Part shown: positions 44,837 to 55,882 of the stretch, piece by piece
How positions within the stretch are numbered: position 1 is the stretch's first letter
How the letters are laid out: every line of letters starts with the position of its first letter
DNA from: Histomonas meleagridis 2922-C6/04-290x
Lineage: Eukaryota > Protista > Parabasalia
Direction of reading: 5' to 3'
NCBI GenBank assembly: GCA_020184695.1
Contig: JAANOX010000126.1
Location: 310,001 to 374,000, forward strand
DNA: 64,000 bases
The notes under the pieces: model-generated
The model's database searches: none
What the model saw: the letters and a program-made list of their open reading frames with translations, nothing else
What the model was told of the DNA's origin: nothing
Position numbers and translations under genes: made by a program

Positions 44837-47800
44837 ATGAGCACAGAAGAAGAACAACAAGAAATAATCCAAAAAATTGTTACAGCAGAAGGAAAAAGTA
44901 CGGGCACATTTTCTAACTATTTCGTCAAATTTGAAGGAAAATCATACGGAAAGTGTCAATGGATTTCAGAAAAAGATTTATTAAAAGCCCCAAATCATCG
45001 TTCATTATTACAAGCTTTTAACAAAATTTTACACTACCCAAAAAATCCACCTTTCTACAACCCTCGATATGACATCATTGAAAGAATTATATGTACTCAA
45101 GATGGAAAATATTTAGTGAAATGGTGTGATTTGGATTATACTCAGCTTTCTCTTGAAGATTCTGTTCCGGATGAAGTTGCTTTGTTATATGAAAAACGAC
45201 TAGAATTAAAATATCCAAATACCAATACATCAACAGAAAAGCATATCCTCGAAGTTACACCAAACCCGGATCTAAGCTTATTGGAAAATATTTGTTTTAT
45301 GAATATTTCTTACATGTATAGCTTTGAAAATGAATGTTCGATAAATGATAATTTTAGTTTCGATGTCAAAAGACCTATTATTCTTCTGTTTGAAAAACTT
45401 TTCGAAGCCTATCCAGAAACTGGGCCTTTTCTCATAATTACAGCATCTTCTGGTTTATCTCAATGGATTGATATCCTAATTCAGAATCCAAATTTATCAA
45501 CGGTTGTTTATGATGGAAGTGAAGCAAATCGCTCAAAGATCAAAGAGATTGACTTTTTTGGTGAAGACAATAAATATAAATTTCATGTCTTATTAACTAC
45601 ACCAGATACTATTAATACAGATACGTTTCTTACTTCACTTCGTTTTGACATTATTGTTAACTGCCAATGTACTTATAAAGCTCCACCAAAACATAATTTT
45701 TTAATTTCTTTATCATGCGATGAAAAATTAGTTTCTGATATGATTTTAGAGCTTTCTAATTTTTGTCTTTCTCTTCAAGAAATCATTCAATCTGAAGATT
45801 TAATTTCAATAATGAATCATAAACAAAAGCTTCAAGTTGTTGCAAGCAAGATCATTGAAAAATCACAACCAAGTATCCATTATACATATATTGATTGTCC
45901 TTTAACACCGGTTCAAAAAGAAGTTATTCGAAGTTTAATTCTTCGATTTGATCCATCAGACGGTTATCGACGGTTACTTGATCAATTCTATCGTTGTTCA
46001 CAACATCCATTTTTACTTTTTGGGATGGAAAACGAATTATGTGGTGAAGATTTTTATAAGATCTCCACCAAACTTCAAGTATTTATGACACTCTTTCGAG
46101 ATCAAATGAGTAATAATCAACGAGTTATATTAGTAAGTCAATATGATCAAATATTAGATTTAGTAGAAGACTTAATGACTAAAGAAGATTATTTATGTTC
46201 ACGAATTACTAAACCTACAGGTGATTATGACAATGATCCAGCTTCATTATTTTTATATAATCCATTAAGTTGTCCCTTATATTTCACCACACTTGATTAT
46301 ATTAATTGCGCAATAATTTTTGATATAAATTCCAAATATTTCATTGAGCAAGTCACCACAAAACGTTCAATTATATCTAAATTCCGGAATATAATTTATC
46401 TTCAATGTAATGAAACATGTGAACCATTAATCACCGATCTAAACAATGAAGAAATGTTATGTAAAATTATTGCGTTACATAGTTTCTCACCGAAAGTTAT
46501 TCCATCAATTGAAAGTTTAATCATTAATTCAACTGAAGAACCAATGAATAACATATCACAAGAAGATTTAAACACAATTTCTATTTTTAATAACGAAAAC
46601 AATGAAAACAATTTTTGGAATTTATTAAAAGAATCAATAAAAGAACATAAACGAGAACCGAAATTAAATAAAGAACAATGGACTCTAAGAGAAAGAGATC
46701 AATTATTTCGATATTTGTTTAGATTTAGTTGGGATCGATGGGATGACATAATGAAATATGGCGGAATATTTAGAGAAAAAAATGATGTAATTAATGCAAG
46801 TCGAAGTTTAGTTAAAGAAATGTTACAAGGATTAGACGAATCATTTGTTTTAATTAAAGATATGGTCCGCGAATCGAATAATGAAGACGCAGATAATTAT
46901 CGACAATTTATGAACCAATCTGTGTTTGCTAAGTCGAATTTTCATGATCTAATTCATGATAAATCATATGAGTTATTACAAAGATTAGAAGTATTACATT
47001 ACATAGAAAGAGCTATGAGTTTGTCTGGAAATAATATGGACAAATTACAAATCGGTCGAATCGTTGGGAAGAAACCTTCCGAAAATTGGAATGAAGAATA
47101 TGATAAATTATTAGTAATAGCCGCATACAAATATGGATTCGGAGTTTATGATTTCTTATCAGAAGATAAGGATAAAAGATTTATGGAATTGTTCATGAAC
47201 GGAAAAATTCAACATCAAATGTTAAACGAACGACTTCTGAAAATCGGAGAAAGTTTGAAAAGAATTAACGTATCGTTTATTCAAAAAGTGGACGATAGCT
47301 ATCCAAGCGAAGATGAAAACTTCGAATTTGATGAAGAATTCGATGATGATAACCAATTTTCAAGGAGTGAGAAATCAAGGATTTTCAAATATTTGGTTAG
47401 ATTTGGTATCGATAATTATGAAAAAATGAGAAATGATATTGGATTAAATTCAAAACCTTTAGAAAACTTGAAAGAATATGTTGAAGCATTTATGCAAAAA
47501 TGCGAAAATGGAACTATGCCTCATGTTACTGCTGTAAGAGTTAAAACTAGAGTTGAATCAATGAATAGGCTTAGATCAATTTTGCAACTTGGAATAGAAT
47601 TCTTTAAAAGAGCTCCAAGATGGAGGCAATTACCGCAAAGCTGGAATTCTTCTATTGAGTTTTCTTTCTTTCAAGAAATCAAAAATAGAGGAATAACAGC
47701 AATGAATGAAATTGCACAACTTGATACATTTAAAACAATAGACTTCCCAGCATTCATATTTAAGACAAAATCGATTATGTTAAGAATTAAATCGTTATAT

Positions 47801-48460
47801 GAATTCTCACAAAAGAATTGGGTATCAAGTAAACCGTCAAAACCCAGACCACCGGTAACCGAAAATCCTTCACAAAAAGATGCTCATTTGATAGCCAAAG
47901 TTTTGAATGGCGATGTAAAATATCCGTTTAAGATTTCAAGTTCTTCTTATATCCTTGATATAGGAACTATAGTAACAGATCGACCTTTATTCCATACCCA
48001 AACATATATTTATCCAGCTGGTTATAAGTCAACGCGGCTTTTCTCTTCATTAGATGATCCAACAGAAAGAGTTACTTATCTTAGCGAAATCATTGATAAT
48101 GGAACTGAAACACCAAGATTTAGAGTTACTCAAGAAGGAACTGACCATGTTTTTGAAGGAGATACTCCAACTGCTCCATGGGCAAAAATATTAAAAAAGT
48201 TCACAGAAAAGAATGCGAAGAAAGGAAAATCAATTTCTGGTCCAGACGCATTCTTATTAAAATCCCCAGTAACAATTTCTTTAATACAACAACAACCAGG
48301 AATCGAAGAATTGGAAAATTATCAAATGAAAAAATATAACTTAAATCCATCACACAATAAAAAGAAGAAATCACGAGCCAAAGTGTTCGAATATGAATTA
48401 TCAGATGAAACAAGCACCAGCAGCAGTGAATCTGAAGAAGAAGCAGAAAACGAAAAATAG
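44837..48460 (+). CDS. CHD-like protein: tandem chromodomains, degenerate SNF2 domain, SANT/SLIDE-like region, C-terminal FYRN/FYRC
   Basis: YFVKFEGKSYGKCQWISE and YLVKWCDLDY chromodomains; PFLII, VVYDGSEANR, KFHVLLTT, SQHPFLL, RVILVSQ SNF2 remnants; FHTQTYIYPAGYKSTR...SGPDAF FYR. First ATG at 44837. Confidence 0.8.
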   Translation: MSTEEEQQEIIQKIVTAEGKSTGTFSNYFVKFEGKSYGKCQWISEKDLLKAPNHRSLLQAFNKILHYPKNPPFYNPRYDIIERIICTQDGKYLVKWCDLDYTQLSLEDSVPDEVALLYEKRLELKYPNTNTSTEKHILEVTPNPDLSLLENICFMNISYMYSFENECSINDNFSFDVKRPIILLFEKLFEAYPETGPFLIITASSGLSQWIDILIQNPNLSTVVYDGSEANRSKIKEIDFFGEDNKYKFHVLLTTPDTINTDTFLTSLRFDIIVNCQCTYKAPPKHNFLISLSCDEKLVSDMILELSNFCLSLQEIIQSEDLISIMNHKQKLQVVASKIIEKSQPSIHYTYIDCPLTPVQKEVIRSLILRFDPSDGYRRLLDQFYRCSQHPFLLFGMENELCGEDFYKISTKLQVFMTLFRDQMSNNQRVILVSQYDQILDLVEDLMTKEDYLCSRITKPTGDYDNDPASLFLYNPLSCPLYFTTLDYINCAIIFDINSKYFIEQVTTKRSIISKFRNIIYLQCNETCEPLITDLNNEEMLCKIIALHSFSPKVIPSIESLIINSTEEPMNNISQEDLNTISIFNNENNENNFWNLLKESIKEHKREPKLNKEQWTLRERDQLFRYLFRFSWDRWDDIMKYGGIFREKNDVINASRSLVKEMLQGLDESFVLIKDMVRESNNEDADNYRQFMNQSVFAKSNFHDLIHDKSYELLQRLEVLHYIERAMSLSGNNMDKLQIGRIVGKKPSENWNEEYDKLLVIAAYKYGFGVYDFLSEDKDKRFMELFMNGKIQHQMLNERLLKIGESLKRINVSFIQKVDDSYPSEDENFEFDEEFDDDNQFSRSEKSRIFKYLVRFGIDNYEKMRNDIGLNSKPLENLKEYVEAFMQKCENGTMPHVTAVRVKTRVESMNRLRSILQLGIEFFKRAPRWRQLPQSWNSSIEFSFFQEIKNRGITAMNEIAQLDTFKTIDFPAFIFKTKSIMLRIKSLYEFSQKNWVSSKPSKPRPPVTENPSQKDAHLIAKVLNGDVKYPFKISSSSYILDIGTIVTDRPLFHTQTYIYPAGYKSTRLFSSLDDPTERVTYLSEIIDNGTETPRFRVTQEGTDHVFEGDTPTAPWAKILKKFTEKNAKKGKSISGPDAFLLKSPVTISLIQQQPGIEELENYQMKKYNLNPSHNKKKKSRAKVFEYELSDETSTSSSESEEEAENEK

Positions 48461-48506
48461 AAACTTTTTGAATATTTTACTCATAAATAAAGAATTGAAT
48501 TTATTT

Positions 48507-51449
48507 TCAATAATTTGGTGACTCATCTTCTTCACCGAAGTCCAAAGATCCGTATATTGGGTACTGGTTTTCTTTGACATACTTGCGAATTTTCTTTTCG
48601 TCGTTTTCTGTTATCAATGAATTATTTATTGCTTTTTGAATTAAATTAACACAGCTCATGGCATAGAGCTCTTTCCCAGGATCAACAAAGCGCTTGGAAA
48701 GCTTGAATATGCGCATGTAATATTGCGATGAATATTTAATATGTGTTGATTCAAATGCTCCTTCCCAGCTAAGAAACAGCTTGAAATAGTTATCAAACTG
48801 ATCCAAGTCAGTGTTGTATGCTAAAATTTCACCAAATTCGAAAATAGCCAACATTTTGATTTTCATATTTTCATCATTTAATACCAAATTTATAAACAGG
48901 TTCAACAGCTTGTCAATATTCAATACCTTTTTTGCTGAACAAAATGATGATAAAGAACTAATTGCAATCTTTCGAACTCCATAAGGATAATTTCCAATTA
49001 CAATTGAAACCAAATCATTTAAAAATTTGTTGACATTGATTGGGTAATTGTTTTCGTTCATCTTTATCATGAAATCAGTCCATGTTAATATGGAGAATAT
49101 TTTAAAGAATGGGTGCCGATCCTCAACCGCAAAGTATTGAATAATTTGATTGAACTCATTGAAAATCTGAATTGAATCCGAACTGAACGTCCCATCGAAT
49201 AAAACCGCAATGTCAATGAATAATTCTTTGTAGTAGACGTTATCGATGTATTCAATGTGTAAATCTTTTTCAATAAGCGATAAGTAGAAATTGACTGCTT
49301 CTCTCAATAAAAGTGGCAATAATTTAACGAGCTCCAAAACTAATTCAGGCTTAACATATCTAACCAAAAATTTTAAGATGTTAACAATAAACTTGACTTG
49401 CAACATGTCAACAAATTGATCAGAACTTATAATTTTTAGCAAACTATCAAAAACAACATTATAAAAATTGGTATCATATATACAAAATACTATATCTGCA
49501 AGAGATGTAAGTGCTGTATGAGATTGATGCTCCAGAGGAATGTCAATGTATTTAAGCAAAGTCTGAAGGATATAAGGTAAATATTTCATTAGTAAATTTG
49601 GAACGTATCTCGCAAGAGTACTGAAGGTCTCAAAGACTTCTTCAATAGCCTCAATGTCGACGTTATTAAAAACAAAGCGTTTTGCTGGGTCAGAACTTGG
49701 AATAATAATATACGAATCATCAAATGCTTCAATTTGATTTTGTTCGACCATTTCGAAGTTAAGTCCATCAGTAGGTAAATAACTGATCAAAGCGCTAAAG
49801 TATTGGTCGATATAAGGTTCAAAATTGTTTCCAAGTAATTCAATGTATTCTTGAATGGAAATGAATCGAGAAGGAAGTCGTAAAATGAATGGCCAAATGG
49901 TATTAAAGTATTGGAGTATGGACTCCATATCTAATAAAGACAACATATTTGGAGCATATTTAAATAATACTGAATCATCAGAAGTTTCGAGTACTTTGGA
50001 TATATATTGAAGTAATGTCATAACTATTTTCTGAGATTTCTCTGGAAACAATTGACATAAATCTGATAATATCATTATTAAATCATGATCAAAACATGAA
50101 AATGTTAATTTTGCAATAGGCTCCATGAGTTGAGAAAGAATTATTTGTCCTGCTTCTTGGTTTTTTTCATATTTATATTTCCAGACCAATATTTTTATAA
50201 AAGGTATATATTCTTTGGCAAACGGCGAATGGAGACCGTTAAGCAAAAAAGTGCCAAATTCGTTATTTGGCAAAATGACATTTGACTTAAACAAGTTCGA
50301 AATTGCTTTAAATGAATTCTTACGAATAATTTCATTGGTAGACTGAACATATTGAAGGGCTACTTGCATTACATTGATGTCTTTTATATATATTATAAAG
50401 AATGACGATATAAAAGGATTTGAATTCATGGCTGATTCACGAATAAATGGCGCTAAAGTATCAACTTCATCATCACAAAGACCAAATAACGTCTTCCATT
50501 CTTTCTCGGCTTCACTATAAAGATCAGGATAATCAATAGGATTACTAAATGAAACCAAAAATGCATTAAAAAAAGGACTTGGATTCAATTTGAATTGTTT
50601 GATCAAGAAGTTACTTAAATAAAGCATTGACCCGAGGATATAAAGACATAATCTTCGAATCAATTCTTCATTCGTTTCTTGAATAATAATATTAAGCAAA
50701 AGTTCAACCATTTGTCCAACAATTGGCATAAATGGAATGTGGTTTTGTGAAAATGCGTAATGAAATTCATTAAGTGGTTCTCGAATCAGATTATTTGGAA
50801 GTACTGAAAAAGCAGTTGGAACTAATGTAAGAAGTTCATTGGGTTCTTGAATGCATCTAACAATGATCAATTCACAAATAAGAGATTTTTGCAGATATAG
50901 AATATTGCTATTATCAAATATTACAAACGGTTTGATGAATTCAAGAATTTCTGGTTTTGGATTCATCGAATAGTATCTAGTAAAAAATTCAAGTCCAAGA
51001 ATAGGATCTTTTTGGATATATTGAGAAAAATAATGTATTGACTCTTGCCATTGATCTATATTTCGGAAATGTTGAATATAATCTAAAATCAAATATAAAA
51101 TGTATTTTTTCATGGTCGGATATTTGTTTATAAAATCTGATCCAAAAATTATTAATAATTGATTTTTCATAAAAATATGTGTTTCATAACCAACAATTGA
51201 CGGATACTTAAGTAATCTACATATTTGGATTATTGCTTGAAATATGATAGAAACATTAGAAGATGTTTCTAAAATCTGGAAAAAAATTTTAATTAGCTCG
51301 GGACAATTATTTTTAATTGCTTCTTTGTATTTATTCTCTGCAGTGATTCTGATTTCATTGTTTGGATTTTGAAAAGATTGGAGAATCGCTGATACTGTTT
51401 CTAAATCCATTTTTGTATTTAATTTTTGATGTGTTCTTATGTAAAGCAT
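48507..51449 (-). CDS. Importin-beta-family/HEAT repeat protein
   Basis: ILQSFQNPNNEIRITAE (IBN_N-like start) and 980 aa of helical repeats. The start may be the second Met at 51410. Confidence 0.6.
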   Translation of the reverse strand: MLYIRTHQKLNTKMDLETVSAILQSFQNPNNEIRITAENKYKEAIKNNCPELIKIFFQILETSSNVSIIFQAIIQICRLLKYPSIVGYETHIFMKNQLLIIFGSDFINKYPTMKKYILYLILDYIQHFRNIDQWQESIHYFSQYIQKDPILGLEFFTRYYSMNPKPEILEFIKPFVIFDNSNILYLQKSLICELIIVRCIQEPNELLTLVPTAFSVLPNNLIREPLNEFHYAFSQNHIPFMPIVGQMVELLLNIIIQETNEELIRRLCLYILGSMLYLSNFLIKQFKLNPSPFFNAFLVSFSNPIDYPDLYSEAEKEWKTLFGLCDDEVDTLAPFIRESAMNSNPFISSFFIIYIKDINVMQVALQYVQSTNEIIRKNSFKAISNLFKSNVILPNNEFGTFLLNGLHSPFAKEYIPFIKILVWKYKYEKNQEAGQIILSQLMEPIAKLTFSCFDHDLIMILSDLCQLFPEKSQKIVMTLLQYISKVLETSDDSVLFKYAPNMLSLLDMESILQYFNTIWPFILRLPSRFISIQEYIELLGNNFEPYIDQYFSALISYLPTDGLNFEMVEQNQIEAFDDSYIIIPSSDPAKRFVFNNVDIEAIEEVFETFSTLARYVPNLLMKYLPYILQTLLKYIDIPLEHQSHTALTSLADIVFCIYDTNFYNVVFDSLLKIISSDQFVDMLQVKFIVNILKFLVRYVKPELVLELVKLLPLLLREAVNFYLSLIEKDLHIEYIDNVYYKELFIDIAVLFDGTFSSDSIQIFNEFNQIIQYFAVEDRHPFFKIFSILTWTDFMIKMNENNYPINVNKFLNDLVSIVIGNYPYGVRKIAISSLSSFCSAKKVLNIDKLLNLFINLVLNDENMKIKMLAIFEFGEILAYNTDLDQFDNYFKLFLSWEGAFESTHIKYSSQYYMRIFKLSKRFVDPGKELYAMSCVNLIQKAINNSLITENDEKKIRKYVKENQYPIYGSLDFGEEDESPNY

Positions 51450-51506
51450 ACAAATAATGACTGACTTCGTTCGAATTTTTCTGGTTATAAAAAAACGTTA
51501 TTAACA

Positions 51507-53396
51507 ATGTCAGGTGGATTTTCGCGTTCTGTATTACGTTGGCTTCAAACTATTGATCTTTCTCAGCCATATACAAACCCTAGAGTTGATTTTGCAAGTG
51601 GGTATTTAATTGCTGAAATTGTTACTCATTATATTCCATCTGAATCAATGCATTCTTTTTCAAATTTCCTTAGTGTTAAAATGAGAACAGATAATTGGAA
51701 TCAACTTTTAAAAATATTTATAGCTCATAAAATTCCAATTTCGCAAGCATTAATTGATGATGTGATTAAAAGAAAGAATGGTTCTGCTGTTAAACTAATT
51801 GAAATTTTATATAAAGCATTTACAAAAAGAACACCGTGTCATCATGAAATTGGAAAAATTGAAACAAAACCTACAACGCCTAAAAATAATGTTACGATTC
51901 TTACTCCTCCTGACATTCCAAAGAAGCAAGAAGAACCAAAAGTTGAATCACCAACAATTCCTAATCGTAAAAAATTTATTAGTACATCATTTAGCCAACA
52001 AACAGATTCATCTGATGAACCTCCACTTAACTTTGAATCAGCAACTATAGTAACAAGTGGACCCAATTTTCTTCAGTTACGTAATACAAGTTCTTTACCT
52101 TCTCAAAGTAGTGAAAAAGATCTTGATGATGCAATTGATAATCTTAATCATGAAATGACACCAGAAAACCTTAAATCCTTTGTTAAGTGTATTGAAAATC
52201 CACAACAACTTATTTATTTTTTCACAAATTATCCATCAGATATTGTAATTAATTACATTAAAGAATCCATGCCTTACATTTCTCCTTCTCTCTTATCCGC
52301 AATCATTTCAGCCGTATCAGATTATTTACTTCCAAATATTGATTTTGAAAAAACTTCAACAAATGATCTAATTGATTTCATTTTTTATCTTTCTCCTGAT
52401 GATTCCTTTACACATCTCTTTCTTCTTTCTAAGTTTCTTGAAGTAATAGATCCTTCCACAATATCTTCTGCTTTATGGTATTTTGTTCAAAACGAACAAA
52501 ACTTTACAAAACCGCTTTCTGACTTTTTGCTTCAAAAAGTTGAAGAAAACGTTAACAACGATAAAACGTTTGTGTTACCATTAGTTTTATATCATATGCT
52601 TGAATATGATCATGAAACCACATCACAACTAATATCTCATTTCCCACCAACCGGTGATAAATCAAAAGATATAATTCTTTCATTATTATATACACATTCA
52701 CCAAATGAATCATCGGAATATATTCGAAATATCATTGTTAATGATAAAGAAGGAAATATTTCAGCATTCATTTTAAATGAACTTCTTCATAATAGTGACT
52801 TTCCGAAGTCCGAATTTGTTAATTTTTTAATGTGTGTTTCTAATCCTTCATTTCTTATAACTAATCAATTCATTATTCATATCAATGATCATGAAGAAAT
52901 TATTTCTCCTTTAATTAATCAACTTAATCCTCTCGAAATTGTTTCTTTAATTTGTGACAATGTAATTAAAACGCAGCCTGATTCTATAGATAAAGAAATC
53001 GTTGTTATGTCAGTTTTGATGGAGAAAATAAACGTTGAAAATGAGGACGTTAACAAATGGAACGATATCTTTCAAAAAGTTCACGAGTATTTGTATTTGG
53101 CTTTTTGTGATAAAAACGTTTGTAAACAGTCTTCAAAGGTCTGTTTGATTTTTTATAAACTATTGAAAAATAAGGTCTTCCAAACGTTCTCCAACTTGTT
53201 CAAAGCACTTAATTTCGTTTTCCCTGCAAATAGCCCTAAAATTTGTAAAACAAACGCATTGGATTTCTTAAAGACAGCTGCAAATATAAGTCCAATGTTC
53301 TCGCAAACAGTTCTCAAATTGATAATGAACTTCCCGGCAAAAATGAATACAGATTTGGACAAACTCGTTGTAACGTTGAAGAAAGTTAGAAAATAA
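51507..53396 (+). CDS. SPEF1/SPATA4-like CH_2 (calponin-homology) domain protein, probably cytoskeletal/flagellar
   Basis: SRSVLRWLQTIDLS...DFASGYLIAEIV...SF.N..S...DNWNQL matches the SPATA4/SPEF1 CH domain. Confidence 0.7.
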   Translation: MSGGFSRSVLRWLQTIDLSQPYTNPRVDFASGYLIAEIVTHYIPSESMHSFSNFLSVKMRTDNWNQLLKIFIAHKIPISQALIDDVIKRKNGSAVKLIEILYKAFTKRTPCHHEIGKIETKPTTPKNNVTILTPPDIPKKQEEPKVESPTIPNRKKFISTSFSQQTDSSDEPPLNFESATIVTSGPNFLQLRNTSSLPSQSSEKDLDDAIDNLNHEMTPENLKSFVKCIENPQQLIYFFTNYPSDIVINYIKESMPYISPSLLSAIISAVSDYLLPNIDFEKTSTNDLIDFIFYLSPDDSFTHLFLLSKFLEVIDPSTISSALWYFVQNEQNFTKPLSDFLLQKVEENVNNDKTFVLPLVLYHMLEYDHETTSQLISHFPPTGDKSKDIILSLLYTHSPNESSEYIRNIIVNDKEGNISAFILNELLHNSDFPKSEFVNFLMCVSNPSFLITNQFIIHINDHEEIISPLINQLNPLEIVSLICDNVIKTQPDSIDKEIVVMSVLMEKINVENEDVNKWNDIFQKVHEYLYLAFCDKNVCKQSSKVCLIFYKLLKNKVFQTFSNLFKALNFVFPANSPKICKTNALDFLKTAANISPMFSQTVLKLIMNFPAKMNTDLDKLVVTLKKVRK

Positions 53397-53485
53397 TAAA
53401 TGTTTTTTGGTTTTTATTCCGAAAGTTTTTTTTTAAATATATTTTGTATGTGCTAAGTGATTAAAAAAATTATTAACAAAAAAAA

Positions 53486-53794
53486 TCACTTGGAGTGCTT
53501 CCAACGAATCACTAAAAATATTATGATTATAGTCACTATTGCACATATAAAGAATAGTCCTCTTCCTGATGATAACTCCTTTAAAATAACATTAATGGTG
53601 TCGTTTGATTCCTCTGTCATTGTTGTTAATGGCGACATATTATCATTTGCATGCCTGAGAATTGCACCTTGTGATCGAATTCTAGCCAATGTTTCTGTTC
53701 CGGTATTGAGAGCATCTTCAGCAACTTTTCGGCTATAATCCATACTTTCTTTGATTTTTCTTTGAAGAGGTTGCTCGCCGTTTCTGGTAGACAT
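53486..53794 (-). CDS. Small tail-anchored Qb-SNARE (Bos1/membrin/Vti1-like)
   Basis: Heptad with G..TL..IRSQ..L, central Q, and a C-terminal TM segment LFFICAIVTIIIIFLVI. Confidence 0.65.
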   Translation of the reverse strand: MSTRNGEQPLQRKIKESMDYSRKVAEDALNTGTETLARIRSQGAILRHANDNMSPLTTMTEESNDTINVILKELSSGRGLFFICAIVTIIIIFLVIRWKHSK

Positions 53795-53870
53795 TTGGTC
53801 AGATTGAGCGTGAATTGTTATGTGAAATTTTGGGGGTTTTGAACGTTAAATTTTGAAATCTTCCAATTGG

Positions 53871-54320
53871 ATGGAAGAAAACCAATTTTATACCGAAAGC
53901 GATGAAATGATTTTTAAATACCCTTTAGTAATTTCATATGCACAAAATTATGCAGCAAGAATTATACAAAAAACTTGGAAAAGATACATGAGAAAAATTA
54001 CTTATCGATACCTACTTGACTGTTCTAAAGAATTTGAAAAAACATTAACACCCAAAGAACTCAGTAAATTTTACCCAGAATTTTTAGAATATTCAGATCT
54101 TCAAATGAATCCAAAATTAGTAATTAAAATGAAAGGAGAATCATTTCCGCCTTCTTTAATTTGTAAAGTTATGACAGAGAAAGAACCTTTTATAGATGGT
54201 AAAAAGCACCCTCCAAAATGGTTTTCTATTTTTTCATCTGGAAAACAGGCACCAATAGATCAAAAAGCACTCATCTGTGTTTTTAAGGAAGCAATGCATT
54301 CCAAAAAAGAACAACATTAA
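53871..54320 (+). CDS. IQ-motif-containing hypothetical protein (C11orf65/MFI-like)
   Basis: AARIIQKTWKRY IQ-like motif and KGESFPPSLICKV. First ATG at 53871. Confidence 0.5.
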   Translation: MEENQFYTESDEMIFKYPLVISYAQNYAARIIQKTWKRYMRKITYRYLLDCSKEFEKTLTPKELSKFYPEFLEYSDLQMNPKLVIKMKGESFPPSLICKVMTEKEPFIDGKKHPPKWFSIFSSGKQAPIDQKALICVFKEAMHSKKEQH

Positions 54321-54442
54321 GGTAACAATACCGATATCTGATTAACATATATTTCTAAAAGATGATTTTAGAATCATATGATGATCTTTGGAAGATTATC
54401 ATTTAATATTAAATAAAAAACTACTTAAACTTAAAAACACAT

Positions 54443-55816
54443 TTACTCAAGTGTGTTCAATTCAGCCGATATATCCATTGCTTGTTGAGCTATTTCTTTA
54501 TTTTCGTTGTCCATTATCTGAGTTATTACTTCTTGGAAAGAATTTTCATCGAATTTTGATGCGAATTCATTTCTATATTTAAAGTTCCTTATGTTATCAA
54601 TCAAAGATTTCACGATTTCTAACCCTAAAGAAACCAATTCTAAGTCATCTGTATTTAATATCTCAATTATACCCTCAAAGAAGTCATCATTTTTCAAAAT
54701 ATTTCTCATCACAAACGATATGTTATCGGCCATTAACAAATTCTTAAGAAAAACTAGAGATTTCACTTTTTCTATCATTTTACCTTCGGTTAAAATCGTT
54801 AAAACGAAGCCGATCAATTCGTCTGGTTTAAGCTTGTCGCATAAAACGTCAACAAGTTGAGGGAGGAAAGAAGAAAGTAATTCAAGTGCAACTTCTAACA
54901 AAGCAGAGTCGAGTTTGTCACGAATCTCAATAATTATACTGAAATCAAAACAATTATCAGGAGATAATATGTATAAATATGTTTCCCTATGAAAATTACA
55001 TTTAAGCAACGTAATAAGAAATTTTATTCGTGCACGTTGTAATTTTTCAGTGTCTTCAGTGGGTCTTTCAAGTAAAAATGATAATAAATTATGTTTGTCA
55101 ATATAATCAAAGGTTTCTTCAGACCTTTTTAACATTAATTTAAATATTTTGATAACACAAAATCGGATTCTATTATCAAATGGATAATTGTCTAAATAAA
55201 AATTGATACAATCAGTAATCATTGGATATGCTTCAATTGAAACATAATCAGAAGAAATAATTGGCTTAATAAACATAAAAACAGTCAATGAAGATGAAGT
55301 TGTGTTAAATATACTTTGAATAATTTCTTGAAAATTTTCAAGAATAAAAGAATAGACAATTGGTGGCATCTGTAGCGAAACAAAGTAAATGATAATTGAG
55401 CTTAACATACTGGAATTTTCTCGAGAATAATTATTCTTAAGTAAGATATCAAATAAAATTTGACATATTGGGGAATTTTGATAGAGCTTTGCAAAGGGTG
55501 AAAAGTTAACAAGATGATTGAGATGGATAATAATAGAATCAATTGAAAATAATTTTTCTAATTTGTTTGCTAAAATAAAATGTATTTGATTTGCTTCATA
55601 AAGATGAAGAAGTGGTGAATAGTTTATATTTGAGTTTTCAAATTTATTAAAATAATCTGTGAGATTATTCAAAGAATTCTCAAAATCTGTAATATTATCT
55701 GTATTTTTAATGATTTGACATTCTGCCAAATAAGAATCATAAAGGCTTTGTTGGATTACTTCGTCATCACTGGTTTGATAATTTTTTGGCTTTTTTTCTG
55801 TTCGCTTATATTTCAT
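54443..55816 (-). CDS. ARM/HEAT-like alpha-helical hypothetical protein
   Basis: 457-aa helical ORF ending DNENKEIAQQAMDI, similar in style to 12272-13624. Confidence 0.55.
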   Translation of the reverse strand: MKYKRTEKKPKNYQTSDDEVIQQSLYDSYLAECQIIKNTDNITDFENSLNNLTDYFNKFENSNINYSPLLHLYEANQIHFILANKLEKLFSIDSIIIHLNHLVNFSPFAKLYQNSPICQILFDILLKNNYSRENSSMLSSIIIYFVSLQMPPIVYSFILENFQEIIQSIFNTTSSSLTVFMFIKPIISSDYVSIEAYPMITDCINFYLDNYPFDNRIRFCVIKIFKLMLKRSEETFDYIDKHNLLSFLLERPTEDTEKLQRARIKFLITLLKCNFHRETYLYILSPDNCFDFSIIIEIRDKLDSALLEVALELLSSFLPQLVDVLCDKLKPDELIGFVLTILTEGKMIEKVKSLVFLKNLLMADNISFVMRNILKNDDFFEGIIEILNTDDLELVSLGLEIVKSLIDNIRNFKYRNEFASKFDENSFQEVITQIMDNENKEIAQQAMDISAELNTLE

Positions 55817-55882
55817 ATGAGATTTTGATTAAACGGTCGAAAAGTAGGCCAAAATTTTACACTTTTTGAGGCCGTTTAAGGA

